From NCBI GenBank assembly GCA_021324855.1, contig JAJPIG010000006.1, forward strand, positions 32,344-96,343: 64,000 nucleotides of DNA. Direction: 5' to 3'. A model generated the notes under the pieces. It worked only from the letters and a program-made list of their open reading frames with translations. It did no database searches and was not told where the DNA came from. The stretch is from Pseudomonadota bacterium (lineage in GTDB: Bacteria; Desulfobacterota; Binatia; Binatales; Binataceae). Below are positions 27,939 through 38,118 of this stretch, in pieces (within the stretch, counting starts at the first letter, position 1; the number at the start of each line of letters is the position of its first letter). Position numbers and translations under genes: made by a program.

Positions 27939-28435
27939 CTTGCGTCCGCCTTTAGTTTCTTCAGTGCCTGGTAAACATTGGCGCGCGCGCTCTCGGGTGA
28001 GCAGTTGAGCGATGCGCCGATTTCCTGGTAGCTGAGCCCTTCGATTTTGCGCATCACGAGCGAACGGCGCTGATTCAGCGGCAGCGTTTTGATCGCGTCA
28101 CTGAGCGCGATTGCGCGGTCGTGCTCCGCCGCGATCGCTGCGCGGTCGACGAAATCACCGCCGTCGGGATGCATCACGCGCGCCCGCCGCGTCCGATCGC
28201 GCACCCGATTGCGACACAAGTTGGTCGCGATTCTGAACAACCACGCGCCCACGATCGCGCCGGGCTTGAGGGAAGGATAGGCGCGGTAGGCTCGAAGCCA
28301 CGTTTCCTGGAAGAGATCGAGGGCGTCCTCGCGATCGCCCGTCGTGCGTATCAGGTAACGCATCAGGGCGCGCTCGTGGATGCTCACCGCCTCCTCGAAG
28401 GTCGGCGGAATTTTCAGGTTGCCGATGGTTGTCAT
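27935..28435 (-). CDS. ECF RNA polymerase sigma factor
   Basis: Region 2 (DALDLFQETWLRAY, AWLFRIATN) and region 4 (LSYQEIG); 166 aa. Confidence 0.92.
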   Translation of the reverse strand: MTTIGNLKIPPTFEEAVSIHERALMRYLIRTTGDREDALDLFQETWLRAYRAYPSLKPGAIVGAWLFRIATNLCRNRVRDRTRRARVMHPDGGDFVDRAAIAAEHDRAIALSDAIKTLPLNQRRSLVMRKIEGLSYQEIGASLNCSPESARANVYQALKKLKADAR

Positions 28436-28442
28436 CTCGACC

Positions 28443-28474
28443 GTTATAACCCCGCGCCCCGGCCGGATGTGAAA
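28443..28474 (-). promoter_or_regulatory. Putative (auto)promoter of the ECF-ogt operon
   Basis: TTTCACA-N16-GGTTATAAC on the minus strand ending 7 nt before the ATG; no clear RBS, so possibly leaderless. Confidence 0.4.
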
Positions 28475-28498
28475 TGCCGGACGAGGGATATCGACAGG

Positions 28499-29284
28499 TC
28501 AGCGGGTCGTAAGCCGAAACAGACGGATGGCGTTATTGGTGACGATCTCCGACAGCGCCGCCGGTTCATTGCCGCGTAACGCCGCGACGGCTTCCAGTGT
28601 GCGCCGCAAGTACGCCGGTTCGTTGCGCTTTCCGCGATACGGCTCCGGCGCGAGATAAGGCGCATCGGTCTCGACCATCAGGCGATCATCGGGAACCATC
28701 GGTACGACGGCGCGGAGCGTGGCGGCGTTCCTGAACGTCACGATACCGGAGAACGAGATGTGAAAGCCGAGCGTCAGAAAGGAGCGCGCAGCTTCCGCGT
28801 CGCCGGTGAAGCAATGAATCACGCCGCCGGCGGGCGGCATCTCGATCTCGCGGACGATTTCGACGAGGCGCGCTTCGGCGTCGCGGCAATGAATCACGAT
28901 CGGCAGGTCGAGCGCGGCGGCAAGCTCCAGATGACGCCGGAACGCGATCTCCTGCGCTTCGATCGGCGAGCGCATGTAGTGAAAGTCGAGGCCGCTCTCG
29001 CCGATCGCAGCGACCTTCCGGGAACGCGCGAGAGCGCGCAGCTCGTTAAGCCGCGATTTGTCGCACGCGGCCGCGTCGTGCGGATGGACCCCGATCGCGG
29101 CGAAGACGCCATCATGATGCTCGGCGATTGCGACCGTCGCCCGATCGGTCTCGATCGTTCCAATTGCGCCGACCGCGATGATTGGTCCGACCTCCGCCGC
29201 TGCGGCCCGTTCGAGCACGCCGGCCAGATCGCTGCGCACCCGTTCATCGGCAAGATGGCAATGACTGTCGCAGAGCATCGGCAT
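28499..29284 (-). CDS. tatD: TatD family hydrolase
   Basis: DSHCH, GVHPH, AIGESGLD, IHCR, HCF and ETDAPY motifs. Confidence 0.93.
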   Translation of the reverse strand: MPMLCDSHCHLADERVRSDLAGVLERAAAAEVGPIIAVGAIGTIETDRATVAIAEHHDGVFAAIGVHPHDAAACDKSRLNELRALARSRKVAAIGESGLDFHYMRSPIEAQEIAFRRHLELAAALDLPIVIHCRDAEARLVEIVREIEMPPAGGVIHCFTGDAEAARSFLTLGFHISFSGIVTFRNAATLRAVVPMVPDDRLMVETDAPYLAPEPYRGKRNEPAYLRRTLEAVAALRGNEPAALSEIVTNNAIRLFRLTTR

Positions 29285-29306
29285 GACATCGCGAAGTTCG
29301 GCCGGT

Positions 29307-31139
29307 TCACTCCACGGTCACAGACTTCGCCAGGTTTCGCGGCTGATCGACGTCCGTGCCGCGGTAGACTGCAATATGGTACGCGAGCAATTGCAGCGGG
29401 ATCGTATTCAGCACCGGCATCAGCATCCGGTCGCTCGTCGGCACGTCGATAATCTCCATCGCGACCTCCTCGAGCTCGGGCGTGCGATGGTCGGTGAGCG
29501 CGATGATTCGGCCGTTGCGCGACTCGACCTCCTTCAGGTTGGACATGGTCTTCACGAACACGCTGTCGTTCGGGATGATCACAACCACCGGCATGTCCTC
29601 ATCGATCAGCGCGATCGGCCCGTGTTTCATCTCACCCGCCGGGTAGCCCTCGGCGTGGATGTACGAAATCTCCTTGAGCTTGAGCGCGCCTTCGAGCGCG
29701 ATAGGGTAGTTGATGCCGCGTCCCAAATAGAGGAAGTCGCGGGCGCGGGCATACTTGCGCGCGATCTTCTGAATCTGTTTTTCGCCGGCGAGGATTTTTT
29801 CGATCAGCGCCGGCATCGTGAACATCGGCCGCAGCCGTTCCTCAATCTCCGCTTCGCTGAGCCGTCCCATCCGGGCGGCCGTATGGAGCGCGAACAGGTA
29901 ATACGATTCGAGCTGTGTGATGAAGCACTTGGTCGTCGTCACGCTGATCTCGGGGCCGCAGCGCGTGTAGAGCCGCGCGTCGGCCTTGCGCGCGATCGAG
30001 GAATCGACGGTGTTGGTCAGCGCGAGCATCCGCGCCCCCCGCCGCCGCCCTTCCTCCATCGCGGCGAGCGTGTCGGCGGTCTCGCCCGACTGCGAGACGG
30101 CGATCAGCAGCGTGCGCGCGTCGATCGCCGGATTGCGGTAACGGAACTCGGCCGAATAATCGACCTCCGCCGGGATTCCGCACAGCTCCTCGATCATGAA
30201 CTTGCCGACCAGCGACGAGATCCACGACGCGCCCGCAGAGACCATCACGATCCGCGCGATTGATTCGGGACCCTCGGGGCCGAACGGATCTTCGTCGAGC
30301 CGCACGAGCCCTGCGCCTGCGCTGACGCGCCCGCCGAGCGTGTTGATCCAAGCCTGCGGCTGTTCGGCGATCTCCTTGCGCAGGTAATGCTGGAAGCCTG
30401 CCTTGGTGGCGGCCACCGCATCCCATTCGATCTGCCGCGGCGGACGCGTAATCGGTTCGCCGGCGAAGTTCGACAGTTCGATGCCGCTGCTCCGCACTAC
30501 GGCCATCTCGCCGTCCTCAAGCACAATCACGCGCCGCGTATGTTCGAGCAACGCCGGGATATCGGAGGCAACGAAGTTCTCGCCCTCGCCAAGTCCGAGC
30601 ACCAGCGGCGTCGCCGTCTTGGCCGCGACCAGCGTGTCCGGCTCGGTCTCGGAGAGCACGACCAGAGAGAAGGAGCCGCGCAGTTCGGAGATCGCGGCGC
30701 GGACCGCTTCGGTGAGTCCGTCCTCCGCCTTCAAGCGCTCTTCAATCAGATGCGAAACGAGTTCGGTATCGGTTTCGGAAACGAGCTTATGACCGCGCGC
30801 GACGAGTGCCGCGCGCAACTCGACGTAGTTCTCGATGATTCCGTTGTGAATCACCGCGACCGGGCCGGCCTGATGCGGATGGGCGTTGGTTTCCGACGGC
30901 CGCCCATGCGTCGCCCATCGGGTATGGCCGATGCCGATCCTGCCCGCGCAGGGATTCTTATCGATGGCGCGGCGCAGATTTTCGAGCTTGCCGACCGCGC
31001 GTCGGATTTCGAGCCGGCCGTTGGCGGCGAGCGTTGCGATTCCGGCCGAATCGTAGCCGCGATACTCGAGCCGCTCGAGCCCGCCGATCAGAAGCGGATA
31101 AGCCTCGCGCGGCCCGACATATCCGATAATCCCGCACAT
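29307..31139 (-). CDS. glmS: Glutamine-fructose-6-phosphate transaminase
   Basis: MCGIIG, LEYRGYDSAG, GHTRWATHG, SQSGETADT, GEMKHGP and PRNLAKSVTVE motifs. Confidence 0.97.
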   Translation of the reverse strand: MCGIIGYVGPREAYPLLIGGLERLEYRGYDSAGIATLAANGRLEIRRAVGKLENLRRAIDKNPCAGRIGIGHTRWATHGRPSETNAHPHQAGPVAVIHNGIIENYVELRAALVARGHKLVSETDTELVSHLIEERLKAEDGLTEAVRAAISELRGSFSLVVLSETEPDTLVAAKTATPLVLGLGEGENFVASDIPALLEHTRRVIVLEDGEMAVVRSSGIELSNFAGEPITRPPRQIEWDAVAATKAGFQHYLRKEIAEQPQAWINTLGGRVSAGAGLVRLDEDPFGPEGPESIARIVMVSAGASWISSLVGKFMIEELCGIPAEVDYSAEFRYRNPAIDARTLLIAVSQSGETADTLAAMEEGRRRGARMLALTNTVDSSIARKADARLYTRCGPEISVTTTKCFITQLESYYLFALHTAARMGRLSEAEIEERLRPMFTMPALIEKILAGEKQIQKIARKYARARDFLYLGRGINYPIALEGALKLKEISYIHAEGYPAGEMKHGPIALIDEDMPVVVIIPNDSVFVKTMSNLKEVESRNGRIIALTDHRTPELEEVAMEIIDVPTSDRMLMPVLNTIPLQLLAYHIAVYRGTDVDQPRNLAKSVTVE

Positions 31140-31142
31140 CGC

Positions 31143-32615
31143 TTACTTCCCGTCCCGCGCCGTCGCTTTGCCGTCGCTCGCGGGCTTCTGATGGCGTTTG
31201 CGCCAGCCTTCAGTCCATCCGGTCTTCACGGCCTGCGGATGGCGCGAGACGCAGAGCGCGCCGTCCGGAACGTCGCGCAGAACGGTAGTGCCCGAGGCGA
31301 CGTAAACATCGCTCCCGACCTTCACCGGCGCGACCAACTGCGTGTCGCATCCGATCATGCAACGGTCGCCGATCTCTGTCGGATGCTTGTCGTAGCCGTC
31401 GTAGTTGACCGTGATAACCCCGCATCCGACGTTCGTCTCTCGGCCGATCGTGGTGTCGCCGAGGTAGCTCAGGTGGCTCGCTTTGGAGCCGCGTCCGATC
31501 CGCGCCTGCTTGGTTTCGACGAAGTTGCCGATACGATTGTGACCCTCGAGGTCCGTGCCGGCGCGCAGGTTCGCGAACGGTCCTATTTCGCAATCCTCGC
31601 CGATGCGGCAGTCCTCGGCGCGCACTCCCAACTTCAAAAAGCTTCGCGCGCCGATCGAAACCTCGCGCAGCCATGCAGTGCCCTCGATCACCACGCCCGC
31701 GCCGATTCGGCAGCGGCCGAGAATCTGCACGTTGGGCCCGATCACCGTGTCGGCCCCGATCTCGGCCTCCTCGCTGATATAGGCTGTTGCGGGATCGACG
31801 AGCGTGACTCCCGACGCCATCAGACGGCGATTTGTTTCGCGGCGAATATCGGATTCCATCTGTGACAACTCCTCGCGCGAATTCACCCCGGCGAACTCCT
31901 CCGGATGCTCCGCGGTCCAGGCGTGAACTTTGAAACCTCGCCGACACGCGGCGGCGACGATGTCAGTCAGATAGTACTCGCCCTGCGCATTGGCGGGACG
32001 AAGCTCGCCGAGCGCCCTGCGCAACAAGTCGGAATCAACGAGGTAGACGCCCGTGTTGATCTCGTCGATCGCAAGCTCTGCGGGCGTGGCGTCAGACGCC
32101 TCGACGATCGCAGCGACGGCGCCCGAAGAATTGCGCACGATGCGGCCATAGCTTCCCGGCGATTCCGGCCGCGCGCTTACGAGCGAGAGCGGCGCGCCGC
32201 TCTCCCGATGACTTGCGATGAAGCGTTCGAGCGTCTGCGGCGAAATGCGCGGCATGTCGCCATAAACCATCATCACGTCGCCGCTGAAGCCGTCCGGGAG
32301 CATCCCCATCCCGACCCGCGCGGCATCACCGGTCCCCTGCGGGACGCCTTGGACTGCAAAACTGACCTTATTCCGGCCGAAGTGCGCGACGATCTCCGAC
32401 TCGACTTCGGCAGCGTGATGGCCGAGCACGACGATCGAGTGGTCGGGCGAGAGCTGGGAGATCGTTGCAAGCACACGCACGATCATCGGGCGGCCGCCGA
32501 TGGGATGAAGCACTTTCGGACGCGCCGAGCGCATCCGCGTGCCGAAACCGGCCGCCATGACAATGGCCGCCAATGGTTTGTTACCGGAGGTGACTCTGCC
32601 TGCGGGAGGTATCAC
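31143..32615 (-). CDS. glmU: Bifunctional UDP-GlcNAc pyrophosphorylase / GlcN-1-P acetyltransferase
   Basis: AAG.GTRM.S..PKVLH, GEYYLTD, GNFVETK, HLSYLGD and NYDG motifs; hexapeptide repeats. Confidence 0.96.
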   Translation of the reverse strand: MIPPAGRVTSGNKPLAAIVMAAGFGTRMRSARPKVLHPIGGRPMIVRVLATISQLSPDHSIVVLGHHAAEVESEIVAHFGRNKVSFAVQGVPQGTGDAARVGMGMLPDGFSGDVMMVYGDMPRISPQTLERFIASHRESGAPLSLVSARPESPGSYGRIVRNSSGAVAAIVEASDATPAELAIDEINTGVYLVDSDLLRRALGELRPANAQGEYYLTDIVAAACRRGFKVHAWTAEHPEEFAGVNSREELSQMESDIRRETNRRLMASGVTLVDPATAYISEEAEIGADTVIGPNVQILGRCRIGAGVVIEGTAWLREVSIGARSFLKLGVRAEDCRIGEDCEIGPFANLRAGTDLEGHNRIGNFVETKQARIGRGSKASHLSYLGDTTIGRETNVGCGVITVNYDGYDKHPTEIGDRCMIGCDTQLVAPVKVGSDVYVASGTTVLRDVPDGALCVSRHPQAVKTGWTEGWRKRHQKPASDGKATARDGK

Positions 32616-32893
32616 GATTTCTTTTTGAAAAGCGCCTCCAGTTGATCCTTCGGTGATGCGCCCGGGGCGGCGGCCCGCGGTTTGCCCGATGGTGCGAAGA
32701 AATCGCAGAAGTTGGCGCGGTCCTTGTCGACGATCCGTTCAGCCATCGTCTCGCGGCACTGGTTGTTGTACGCGGGATCGTAAAACTCGCAGTTGAGGCA
32801 GACGTGCAGCGCCCGGTCGCATCGCGGGCAATGGTCGCGAAAGCCGACGCGCTCGCGGGTATCGACGGCCTCGCCGCACTTCCAGCAATTCAC
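32612..32893 (-). CDS. Cys-rich (8 Cys) putative metal-binding hypothetical protein
   Basis: CWKC, CPRC, CLNC, C and NFCDFF; stop overlaps the glmU GTG. Confidence 0.75.
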   Translation of the reverse strand: MNCWKCGEAVDTRERVGFRDHCPRCDRALHVCLNCEFYDPAYNNQCRETMAERIVDKDRANFCDFFAPSGKPRAAAPGASPKDQLEALFKKKS

Positions 32894-32961
32894 GATAAGG
32901 GCCGACCTTTTGCGCTCAAAAACCACTTGGTAGCATAGCGGTCAGGCAGGTGGGGTGCGAG

Positions 32962-33870
32962 ATGATTGCGGAGGTGGAGGCATTTGCGTCCGCGCTCGGA
33001 CGCGCGGCGCGAGCGTCGCGGAACACGGTTGCCAGTTACCGGCGTGACCTGATGGATTTTCGCCGCTTCCTCCTCGAACGTGGATGGGCGCTCGCGGGCG
33101 CCGAAAAAGTCAATCCCGATGCGGTTACCGACGATCATGTGCGAGGCTATCTGGCTGAGATGCTGAAGCGGGCGGCGCGCGCTACCGTGCAGCGGCGGCT
33201 GTTCGCGATCAAGGCGTTCTTTCGCTATCGCGAAGCGACCAGCGGTATCGCGAGCCCGGCGAGCGCGATCCGATCGCTTCGGACCGAGCGGCGATTGCCG
33301 GCCGTGCTGGGCGAGGAAGACGTCGAGCGGCTGATCGAGGCTGAGAGGCGATCGGACGAGAAGCCTGGGCCGGTGGCGCTGCGCGATCGGGCAATACTTG
33401 AAGTGCTGTATTCCACCGGCGTCCGGGTCAGCGAATTGGTGGCGATCAACTGGCGAAATATCGACGAAGAGCTGGGGATGCTCACGGTCGAATCAGGCAA
33501 AGGGGCAAAGGGCCGCATCGTCCCGATCGGCGAACCGGCGCTGGCTGCGCTCCTCGATTGGCGGCGCGTGATGCCCGTAGCGTGGTCGCCCGACGGCCCG
33601 GCGATCACCAACCTGCGCGGCGGGCGCCTATCCGTGAGAGCTGTGCAGAAGATCGTAAAACACCGGCTTGCTGACGCGGGAATTGCGGGTGCGCTCAGTC
33701 CGCACGGTCTGCGCCACTGCTTTGCGACTCATCTGCTCAACCATGGCGCCGACCTGCGATCGATCCAGGAGATGCTGGGGCATTCAAGTCTCGCCACCAC
33801 GCAGCGCTACACTCACGTGAGCGTGAAGCATCTGAAAGAGGTCTACCGACGTGCCCATCCTCACGCCTGA
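32962..33870 (+). CDS. xerC: Tyrosine recombinase XerC
   Basis: [25 protein letters not shown] and LGH...TTQRY motifs; directly upstream of hslVU. Confidence 0.88.
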   Translation: MIAEVEAFASALGRAARASRNTVASYRRDLMDFRRFLLERGWALAGAEKVNPDAVTDDHVRGYLAEMLKRAARATVQRRLFAIKAFFRYREATSGIASPASAIRSLRTERRLPAVLGEEDVERLIEAERRSDEKPGPVALRDRAILEVLYSTGVRVSELVAINWRNIDEELGMLTVESGKGAKGRIVPIGEPALAALLDWRRVMPVAWSPDGPAITNLRGGRLSVRAVQKIVKHRLADAGIAGALSPHGLRHCFATHLLNHGADLRSIQEMLGHSSLATTQRYTHVSVKHLKEVYRRAHPHA

Positions 33871-34414
33871 TTCCGCCACTCAGTTCCATGGCACCACGAT
33901 CCTATGCGTGCGCCACGGCGGGCGCGTCGTGATGGCGGGGGACGGGCAGGTGAGCATCGGCTCGACGATCATGAAGCGCAGTGCCCGCAAAGTGCGCCGC
34001 CTCCATGATAATCGCGTGCTGGCGGGATTCGCCGGGTCGACCGCCGACGCGATGACGCTGTTCGACAAGTTCGAAGCCAAGCTGCAGGAGTTCGGCGGCA
34101 ACCTGCGCCGGGCGGCGGTCGAGCTCGCCAAGGACTGGCGGACCGATCGGATTTTGCGGCGGCTCGAGGCGATGCTGGTGGTCGCGGACCGCGCGGATGC
34201 GCTTCTGCTTTCGGGTGCCGGCGACGTGCTCGAACCGGACGACGGTCTGATAGCGATCGGTTCAGGAGGTAATTTCGCGCTTGCCGCAGCGCGGGCGATG
34301 GTGCGGCACAACCCGGACATGAAGGCCCGCGAGATTGCCGAAAGCGCGATGAAGATTGCGGCAGAGATCTGCGTTTATACCAACGATCAGCTTATAATAG
34401 AGGAACTCGCCTAG
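33851..34414 (+). CDS. hslV: ATP-dependent protease subunit HslV
   Basis: [23 protein letters not shown] and ICVYTN motifs. Confidence 0.97.
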   Translation: MPILTPDSATQFHGTTILCVRHGGRVVMAGDGQVSIGSTIMKRSARKVRRLHDNRVLAGFAGSTADAMTLFDKFEAKLQEFGGNLRRAAVELAKDWRTDRILRRLEAMLVVADRADALLLSGAGDVLEPDDGLIAIGSGGNFALAAARAMVRHNPDMKAREIAESAMKIAAEICVYTNDQLIIEELA

Positions 34415-34458
34415 AGGACGCGCTGCCGCGGCGAGCGCCGTTTAGGCCAGGATTGTTC

Positions 34459-35835
34459 ATGTCCGTACCGCACGTGATGACGCCTCGCGAGGTCGTTTCC
34501 GAGCTCGACCGCTATATCGTCGGCCAGCACGAGGCCAAGCGCGCCGTTGCGATCGCATTGCGCAATCGATGGCGCCGGCAGAACGTCGCGCCCGAGTTGC
34601 GTGACGAGATTGCCCCCAAGAACATCCTGATGATCGGCCCGACGGGCGTCGGCAAGACGGAAATCGCGCGCCGGCTTGCGAAGCTCGCCCAGGCTCCGTT
34701 CGTGAAGGTCGAAGCGTCACGCTACACCGAAGTCGGCTACGTCGGACGCGATGTCGAGTCGATTATCCGTGACCTTGCCGAAATCGCCATCAAGATGGTC
34801 CGCGAGGAGGAGCGCGAGCGCGTCGCCGTACGCGCCCGCGACGCGGCCGAGGAGCGCCTGCTCGATATCCTGTTTCCGCGCCAAAGCAAGGAACGCCGGC
34901 GCGCGGTCGTCACGCCCGAGGGCCAGCTCCAGGCTGACGAGGACGACAGTTCCCATCGGGAGACCCGCGAAAAGCTCCGCCGGCTGCTGCGCGACGGCCA
35001 TCTCGACGATCGCGAGGTCGAGATCGAGGTGAGCGCGCAGGCGATGCCGATGGTCGAGGTCTTTACGCCGCAAGGAATGGAAGAGATGGGGCTGAACATG
35101 AAGGACCTGTTCAGCCAGATCATGCCAAAGAAGACCCGCACGCGGCGCGTCAAGATTCCCGAGGCGCTCGAGCTTTTGACCCAGGAAGAGGCCGGACGGC
35201 TGGTCGACATGGAGGCCGTCACGCACGAGGCGATCCATCGCGTGGAGCAGTCGGGAATCGTTTTTATCGACGAGATCGACAAGATCGCGGGTCACGACGC
35301 CGCCCACGGTCCCGACGTTTCGCGGCAGGGCGTGCAGCGCGACCTCCTTCCAATCGTCGAAGGCTCCAGCGTCAACACCAAGTACGGCGCGGTCCGCACC
35401 GACCATATTCTGTTCGTTGCGTCAGGTGCGTTTCATACCACCAAACCCTCGGATCTGATTCCCGAGTTCCAGGGCCGCTTCCCGATTCGCGTCGAGCTGA
35501 AGGCGCTTTCCGGCAATGACTTCGTGCGGATTCTGACTGAACCGGAGAACGCGCTGACGCGTCAATACAGCGCGCTGCTCGCAACGGAAGGGGTAGAGCT
35601 TACGTTCACCGACGATGCGGTCGCGGCACTGGCCGAGATGGCCGCACAGATCAACTCCCGTACCGAGAATATCGGCGCACGCCGGCTGCATACCGTGATG
35701 GAGCGGCTGCTCGAGGATCTGTCATTCAGCGCGCCCGAGATGTCCAAGCAGTCGATTAGGATCGACGCCGCGTACGTCCATCAGCGGCTAGATCCGATTC
35801 TCAAGGACGAGGACCTGTCGCGGTATATTTTGTAG
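34459..35835 (+). CDS. hslU: ATP-dependent protease ATPase subunit HslU
   Basis: [25 protein letters not shown] and ENIGARRL motifs; ends LSRYIL. Confidence 0.97.
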   Translation: MSVPHVMTPREVVSELDRYIVGQHEAKRAVAIALRNRWRRQNVAPELRDEIAPKNILMIGPTGVGKTEIARRLAKLAQAPFVKVEASRYTEVGYVGRDVESIIRDLAEIAIKMVREEERERVAVRARDAAEERLLDILFPRQSKERRRAVVTPEGQLQADEDDSSHRETREKLRRLLRDGHLDDREVEIEVSAQAMPMVEVFTPQGMEEMGLNMKDLFSQIMPKKTRTRRVKIPEALELLTQEEAGRLVDMEAVTHEAIHRVEQSGIVFIDEIDKIAGHDAAHGPDVSRQGVQRDLLPIVEGSSVNTKYGAVRTDHILFVASGAFHTTKPSDLIPEFQGRFPIRVELKALSGNDFVRILTEPENALTRQYSALLATEGVELTFTDDAVAALAEMAAQINSRTENIGARRLHTVMERLLEDLSFSAPEMSKQSIRIDAAYVHQRLDPILKDEDLSRYIL

Positions 35836-35941
35836 CTCGGGCCAGATTCGCCCTTGTGAGCCGGAGCGCCCGCTCGGCACCTGTTAGCAACCCCGTAACA
35901 ATTTTGTGCTAGTCTTTTCCGATTCAGGAATTGGAGTCGAA

Positions 35942-36868
35942 ATGAGCGAGCCGATGCAACGGGCGGAGGTGCTGATCGAGGCGCTGCCATTCATCCAGCG
36001 CTTCCGCGGCCAGACGATCGTCATCAAGTACGGCGGCCACGCGATGCAATCGCCGGAACTGCGCGAAAGCTTCGCGCGCGATATCGTGCTGCTGAAACTC
36101 GTAGGCATCAACCCGGTCGTCGTCCACGGCGGCGGCCCGCAGATCACGGAACTCATCGGCCGGTTGGGACTCAAGTCGCATTTCGTCCGCGGGATGCGGG
36201 TGACCGATCCTGAAACGATGGAAGCGGCCGAGATGGTGTTGCAGCGGCTCAACAAGGAGATCGTCGCGCTCATCTCGCGCCAGGGCGGCGTCGCCGTCGG
36301 GCTGTCCGGCAAGGACGGCAACCTGATCATGTCGCGCAAGATGCGGATGGTCGTGAAGGATGAGAACGGGCGGCGCAAGGCGCTCGACATCGGGCTCGTC
36401 GGCGACATCGTGGAGGTCAATCCTAAGGTCATCCGTACGCTCGAGGAGGCCGGCTTCATCCCGGTGGTCGCGCCGACCGGATACGGCCGCGACGGCCATA
36501 CATACAACATCAACGCCGACATCGCCGCAGGCAAAATCGCGGCCGCACTCGGCGCGCAGAAACTCATCCTGATGACCGATGTAGAGGGCGTCAGAGAAAA
36601 GGATGGGCGGCGCATCTCGACGCTCGATGTCGCGCAGGCCCGCCGCATGATCGCGCGCGGCCATATCAATGAGGGGATGATCCCGAAAGTCGAGTGTTGC
36701 ATCGATGCACTCCGCGCCGGAGTCGCCAAGACGCACGTGATCGACGGGCGCGTGCGCCACGCCATCCTGCTAGAAATCTTCACGCGCTCAGGCGTCGGCA
36801 CGGAGGTTGTGCAGAGCGCGCCGCGTGTCACCGAGATCCATCGACCGGCCCGCCGCCAGACGGGCTGA
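35942..36868 (+). CDS. argB: Acetylglutamate kinase
   Basis: IKYGGHAM, VHGGGP, NINAD and GMIPK motifs. Confidence 0.96.
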   Translation: MSEPMQRAEVLIEALPFIQRFRGQTIVIKYGGHAMQSPELRESFARDIVLLKLVGINPVVVHGGGPQITELIGRLGLKSHFVRGMRVTDPETMEAAEMVLQRLNKEIVALISRQGGVAVGLSGKDGNLIMSRKMRMVVKDENGRRKALDIGLVGDIVEVNPKVIRTLEEAGFIPVVAPTGYGRDGHTYNINADIAAGKIAAALGAQKLILMTDVEGVREKDGRRISTLDVAQARRMIARGHINEGMIPKVECCIDALRAGVAKTHVIDGRVRHAILLEIFTRSGVGTEVVQSAPRVTEIHRPARRQTG

Positions 36869-36890
36869 CAAAAAACCAGGCGGTACCACC

Positions 36891-38105
36891 ATGAAAAGCG
36901 CCGAAATCGTCGAACTCGCCCATCAAAACCTTGCCAACACTTACGGCTGTATGCCGCTTGCGTTCGCGCGCGGGGAGGGCCCGTATCTCTACGATCCTGA
37001 AGGAAACCGCTACCTCGATTTCTTCTGCGGGCTTGCTGTCACCAGCCTCGGTCACGCCCACCCGCGTATTGTGGCCGCAATCCGCGAGCAGGCCGGAATG
37101 CTGACGCACGTCTCGAACGTCTTCCATACTGAGCCGATGGCGCGGTTGGCGGCGCGTCTGACCGCGGTTTTCGGCGGCGGGCGCGTCTTCTTCTGCAACT
37201 CCGGTGCGGAAGCGAACGAGGCGGCGATCAAGCTCGCACGGCGATGGGGCTCGGGTGAGGGCGGCGGACGCTACGAAATCATCTCGACCATCAACTCGTT
37301 TCATGGCCGCACGCTCGGCACGCTGAGCGCGACCGGCCAGGAAAAGTATCAGCAGGGATTTCAACCGATGGTGCCCGGCTTTCGCCTGGTGCCTTACGAT
37401 GACGTCGCGGCGCTCGAGAATGCGGTAGGCAAAAACACGGTTGCGATCATGCTCGAGCCGATCCAGGGCGAGGGCGGGGTGGTGATGCCGAAGCCCGACT
37501 ACCTCGCGCGCGCCCGCGAGCTTTGTGATCGCGCGAAGCTCCTGCTGATCCTCGATGAGGTCCAGGTCGGGATGGGCCGCACGGGCCGTATGTTCGCGTG
37601 GCAGCACGGCAACGTCCGCCCGCATATCATGACGCTCGCCAAAGCGCTCGGCGGCGGCTTGCCCATCGGCGCGATGGTGGCGCGGCCGGAGATCGCCGCA
37701 AGCCTAACCCCCGGCAGCCACGGCTCGACGTTCGGCGGAAATCCGGTTGCGTGCGCGGCGGCGCTCGCCGTGATCGATGCTCTCGAGCACGATGGCGCGA
37801 TCGAGAACGCCGGCGCAGTGGGCGGTTACCTGATCGAGCGGCTGCGCGAGATCGCATCGCGGCTCGACAATGTTGCAGAAGTGCGCGGTCAGGGGATGAT
37901 CATCGGCGTGGTTCTGAAGCACGAGGCGCAGCCGGTTGTCGATGCGTGCGTCAAGGAGCGTTTGCTGGTGAATGCCGCGGCGGGCAACGTGCTGCGATTG
38001 CTGCCGCCGCTTACGCTGACGCGCGCGCAAGCCGATGACGGCCTCAAGATTATTGCGCGCGCTCTGGAAAGCGCCGCTGCGGCCCGCCGTGGAAAGGCCG
38101 CCTGA
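36891..38105 (+). CDS. argD: Acetylornithine aminotransferase
   Basis: NSGAEANE, FHGRT, DEVQ, TLAKALGGG and HGSTFGGNP motifs; arg operon context. Confidence 0.94.
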   Translation: MKSAEIVELAHQNLANTYGCMPLAFARGEGPYLYDPEGNRYLDFFCGLAVTSLGHAHPRIVAAIREQAGMLTHVSNVFHTEPMARLAARLTAVFGGGRVFFCNSGAEANEAAIKLARRWGSGEGGGRYEIISTINSFHGRTLGTLSATGQEKYQQGFQPMVPGFRLVPYDDVAALENAVGKNTVAIMLEPIQGEGGVVMPKPDYLARARELCDRAKLLLILDEVQVGMGRTGRMFAWQHGNVRPHIMTLAKALGGGLPIGAMVARPEIAASLTPGSHGSTFGGNPVACAAALAVIDALEHDGAIENAGAVGGYLIERLREIASRLDNVAEVRGQGMIIGVVLKHEAQPVVDACVKERLLVNAAAGNVLRLLPPLTLTRAQADDGLKIIARALESAAAARRGKAA

Positions 38106-38118
38106 GCGACAACGAGCA

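Noticed and set aside
29283-32645. Long + strand ORFs (326, 492 and 246 aa) opposite glmS/glmU, and similar antisense ORFs across the window
   Set aside because: Shadow frames typical of high-GC codon bias; Arg/Ala-rich, with no motifs
32962-33870. Tyrosine recombinase as a prophage or island integrase
   Set aside because: Housekeeping xerC-hslVU context; no att repeats, tRNA or phage genes; no dif-like site seen
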